DNA of 32,000 nt from an uncultured Rhodohalobacter sp. (GTDB lineage Bacteria > Bacteroidota > Rhodothermia > Balneolales > Balneolaceae). The stretch lies in assembly GCA_964422985.1 (NCBI GenBank), contig CAYRDO010000010.1, forward strand, positions 4,420-36,419. Reading direction: 5' to 3'. A program made the position numbers and the translations under genes. Positions 31,011-32,000 of the stretch are shown here, piece after piece; the first letter of the stretch is position 1; every line of letters starts with the position of its first letter. A model generated the notes under the pieces. The model was not told the origin of the DNA. It searched no databases and saw only the letters and a list, made by a program, of their open reading frames with translations.

Positions 31011-32000
31011 CTATTCAACAACTTCAATAATAACTCTTCGATACGATGTTAACTGCGGCTCCCCATCATCCGTCACTTCCAAAATGATGTGAACTGTGTT
31101 TTCCTCAGGTGAACGACCGGGCACCTCTTCTAAGAAATTAGACGGAATCGTGATATCGGTCACGGCTTCGTTTGGATTTGAAATTTCTGTATCTCCGGGG
31201 TGCCTGTCTGTCCAATTAAAGGTCCACCAGCGGCTTAATGTGCCTGCCTCCGCATAAACCCACCATTTGTATGAGAGTTGATCACCATCTGGATCTAAAC
31301 TTTCAGAAGCATTCAGAGTAATCGTTTCCCCGGGAGATGCCTGAACTTTCAGCACGTTCTTTGCACCATGTCCGTTGACCACCGCCTCGGGGTTGTGATT
31401 AGCCTCTTCATACGACATCGTCCCCCAATCCATTCGGGCGGCAAAATCATACTGGAACGCATCTCGCCATCGCCAAATAGTAGCTTGGTCAGAGACATAC
31501 GCATTGCCATCTTCAGCAACGACCCGGTCCCGTGAATTTCGTCCGTTTGTCCAGAGCTCACTTTTTTCACCAAAAGGCTGAAGATATTGATATCGTCCGC
31601 CCCAACCGCCATACGCAGGACTTAACGCCCAGCCGAGACCATTTCGGATCAGACCGAGGTACGCAGGAGTATCGCCTTCCATGATAAACATGTGTTCGGG
31701 GTACTGAGCACCCAGCGGACCATGATTTTCGATCACATTTTCGCGAAGCCACTCGTTTTCAACCAATTCAAATTTATGACCGGGGCCATTTTGATAAAAT
31801 TCATCACCGGCAATTCCGGTCCACGTTGCGCGGTGATACCACTGTCCGCCATCGGGCTCATTCGGACTGTTTATATAGAATAGTTTTGGAAAATTATTTC
31901 GAATCCAGATTCCCGCATCATCCTGGTCGGAAATAGTGTAGACTTTCATTTTGGATACAAACTCATCCACTTCCTGCGGACTTCTCATCTCACGAACTTC
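31011..32000 (-). CDS. DUF1593 / nucleoside-hydrolase-like domain protein, diverged paralog (5' end beyond window)
   Basis: The frame stays open past the track's Met (31988) to position 32000 (…EVREMRSPQEVDEF…). It aligns with residues ~170-483 of the neighbour through KVYTISDQD, MEGDTPAYL, GGWGGRY, WRWR..FQ.DFAARMDW, YEEANH.P, DPDGD.LSY.W and VH.IL.VTD.G.P.L..Y.RV. Confidence 0.8.
   Translation of the reverse strand, partial: EVREMRSPQEVDEFVSKMKVYTISDQDDAGIWIRNNFPKLFYINSPNEPDGGQWYHRATWTGIAGDEFYQNGPGHKFELVENEWLRENVIENHGPLGAQYPEHMFIMEGDTPAYLGLIRNGLGWALSPAYGGWGGRYQYLQPFGEKSELWTNGRNSRDRVVAEDGNAYVSDQATIWRWRDAFQYDFAARMDWGTMSYEEANHNPEAVVNGHGAKNVLKVQASPGETITLNASESLDPDGDQLSYKWWVYAEAGTLSRWWTFNWTDRHPGDTEISNPNEAVTDITIPSNFLEEVPGRSPEENTVHIILEVTDDGEPQLTSYRRVIIEVVE

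Noticed and set aside
30856-31092. 78-aa plus-strand ORF (MKAINDNSPLEGSPGFIRGGV…)
   Set aside because: It is a read-through of the GC-rich hairpin repeat and then runs antisense into the 3' end of the DUF1593 paralog. The peptide is the kind produced by translating REP-like repeats.
1-32000. Mobile elements, prophage, defence islands, tRNA/rRNA genes
   Set aside because: No integrase, transposase or recombinase, phage structural, restriction or Cas-like ORF appears among the translated frames. No intergenic segment has tRNA-like cloverleaf features or rRNA similarity that I can recognise.

Overview
This 32-kb chromosomal window is densely coded and falls into four blocks.

1. **Flagellar cluster (1-15.2 kb, minus strand).** A tightly packed hook/basal-body/motor/export cluster runs in the order flgB-flgC-(75-aa ORF)-fliE-fliF-fliG-fliH-fliI-fliJ-(YlxF/MotE-like)-fliK-flgD-(TIGR02530-like)-flgE-motA-motB-fliL-fliM-(partial fliN/fliY-like). 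This is the Firmicutes/Spirochaete-type fla super-operon layout. A textbook sigma-54 promoter (TTGGCAC-N5-TTGCA) lies about 35 nt upstream of flgB.

2. **Two regulatory-looking genes (15.5-17.0 kb).** One is a divergently transcribed soluble PAS/histidine-kinase-like protein with degenerate catalytic motifs. The other is an uncharacterised wHTH protein.

3. **Molybdenum-cofactor operon (17.2-26.2 kb, minus strand).** A TSUP permease is followed upstream by a complete biosynthesis/maturation operon: NifS-like, XdhC, MocA-like, moaD, moeB-rhodanese, moaE, a four-helix-bundle pseudogene with two in-frame stops, a moaC-moaB fusion, moaA and moeA. The operon is bracketed by two copies of a ~55-bp palindromic element.

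4. **Oxidoreductase and paralogs (26.6-32 kb).** A divergent IorA/IorB-type two-subunit molybdo-oxidoreductase carries a Tat signal. Two diverged tandem DUF1593 (nucleoside-hydrolase-like) paralogs follow, separated by a multi-hairpin REP/MITE-like element.

I saw no rRNA, tRNA, CRISPR array, transposase or integrase. I do not see a clear novel multi-gene system. The best leads are:
- the sigma-54 promoter plus the adjacent pseudo-kinase-like sensor
- the 75-aa ORF inserted between flgC and fliE
- the repeat-bracketed Moco module
- the ACCGA-rich repeats abutting the moaC start
- the nonsense-interrupted four-helix-bundle gene

All family calls come from reading the translated ORFs and recognising motifs. 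No database search was run.
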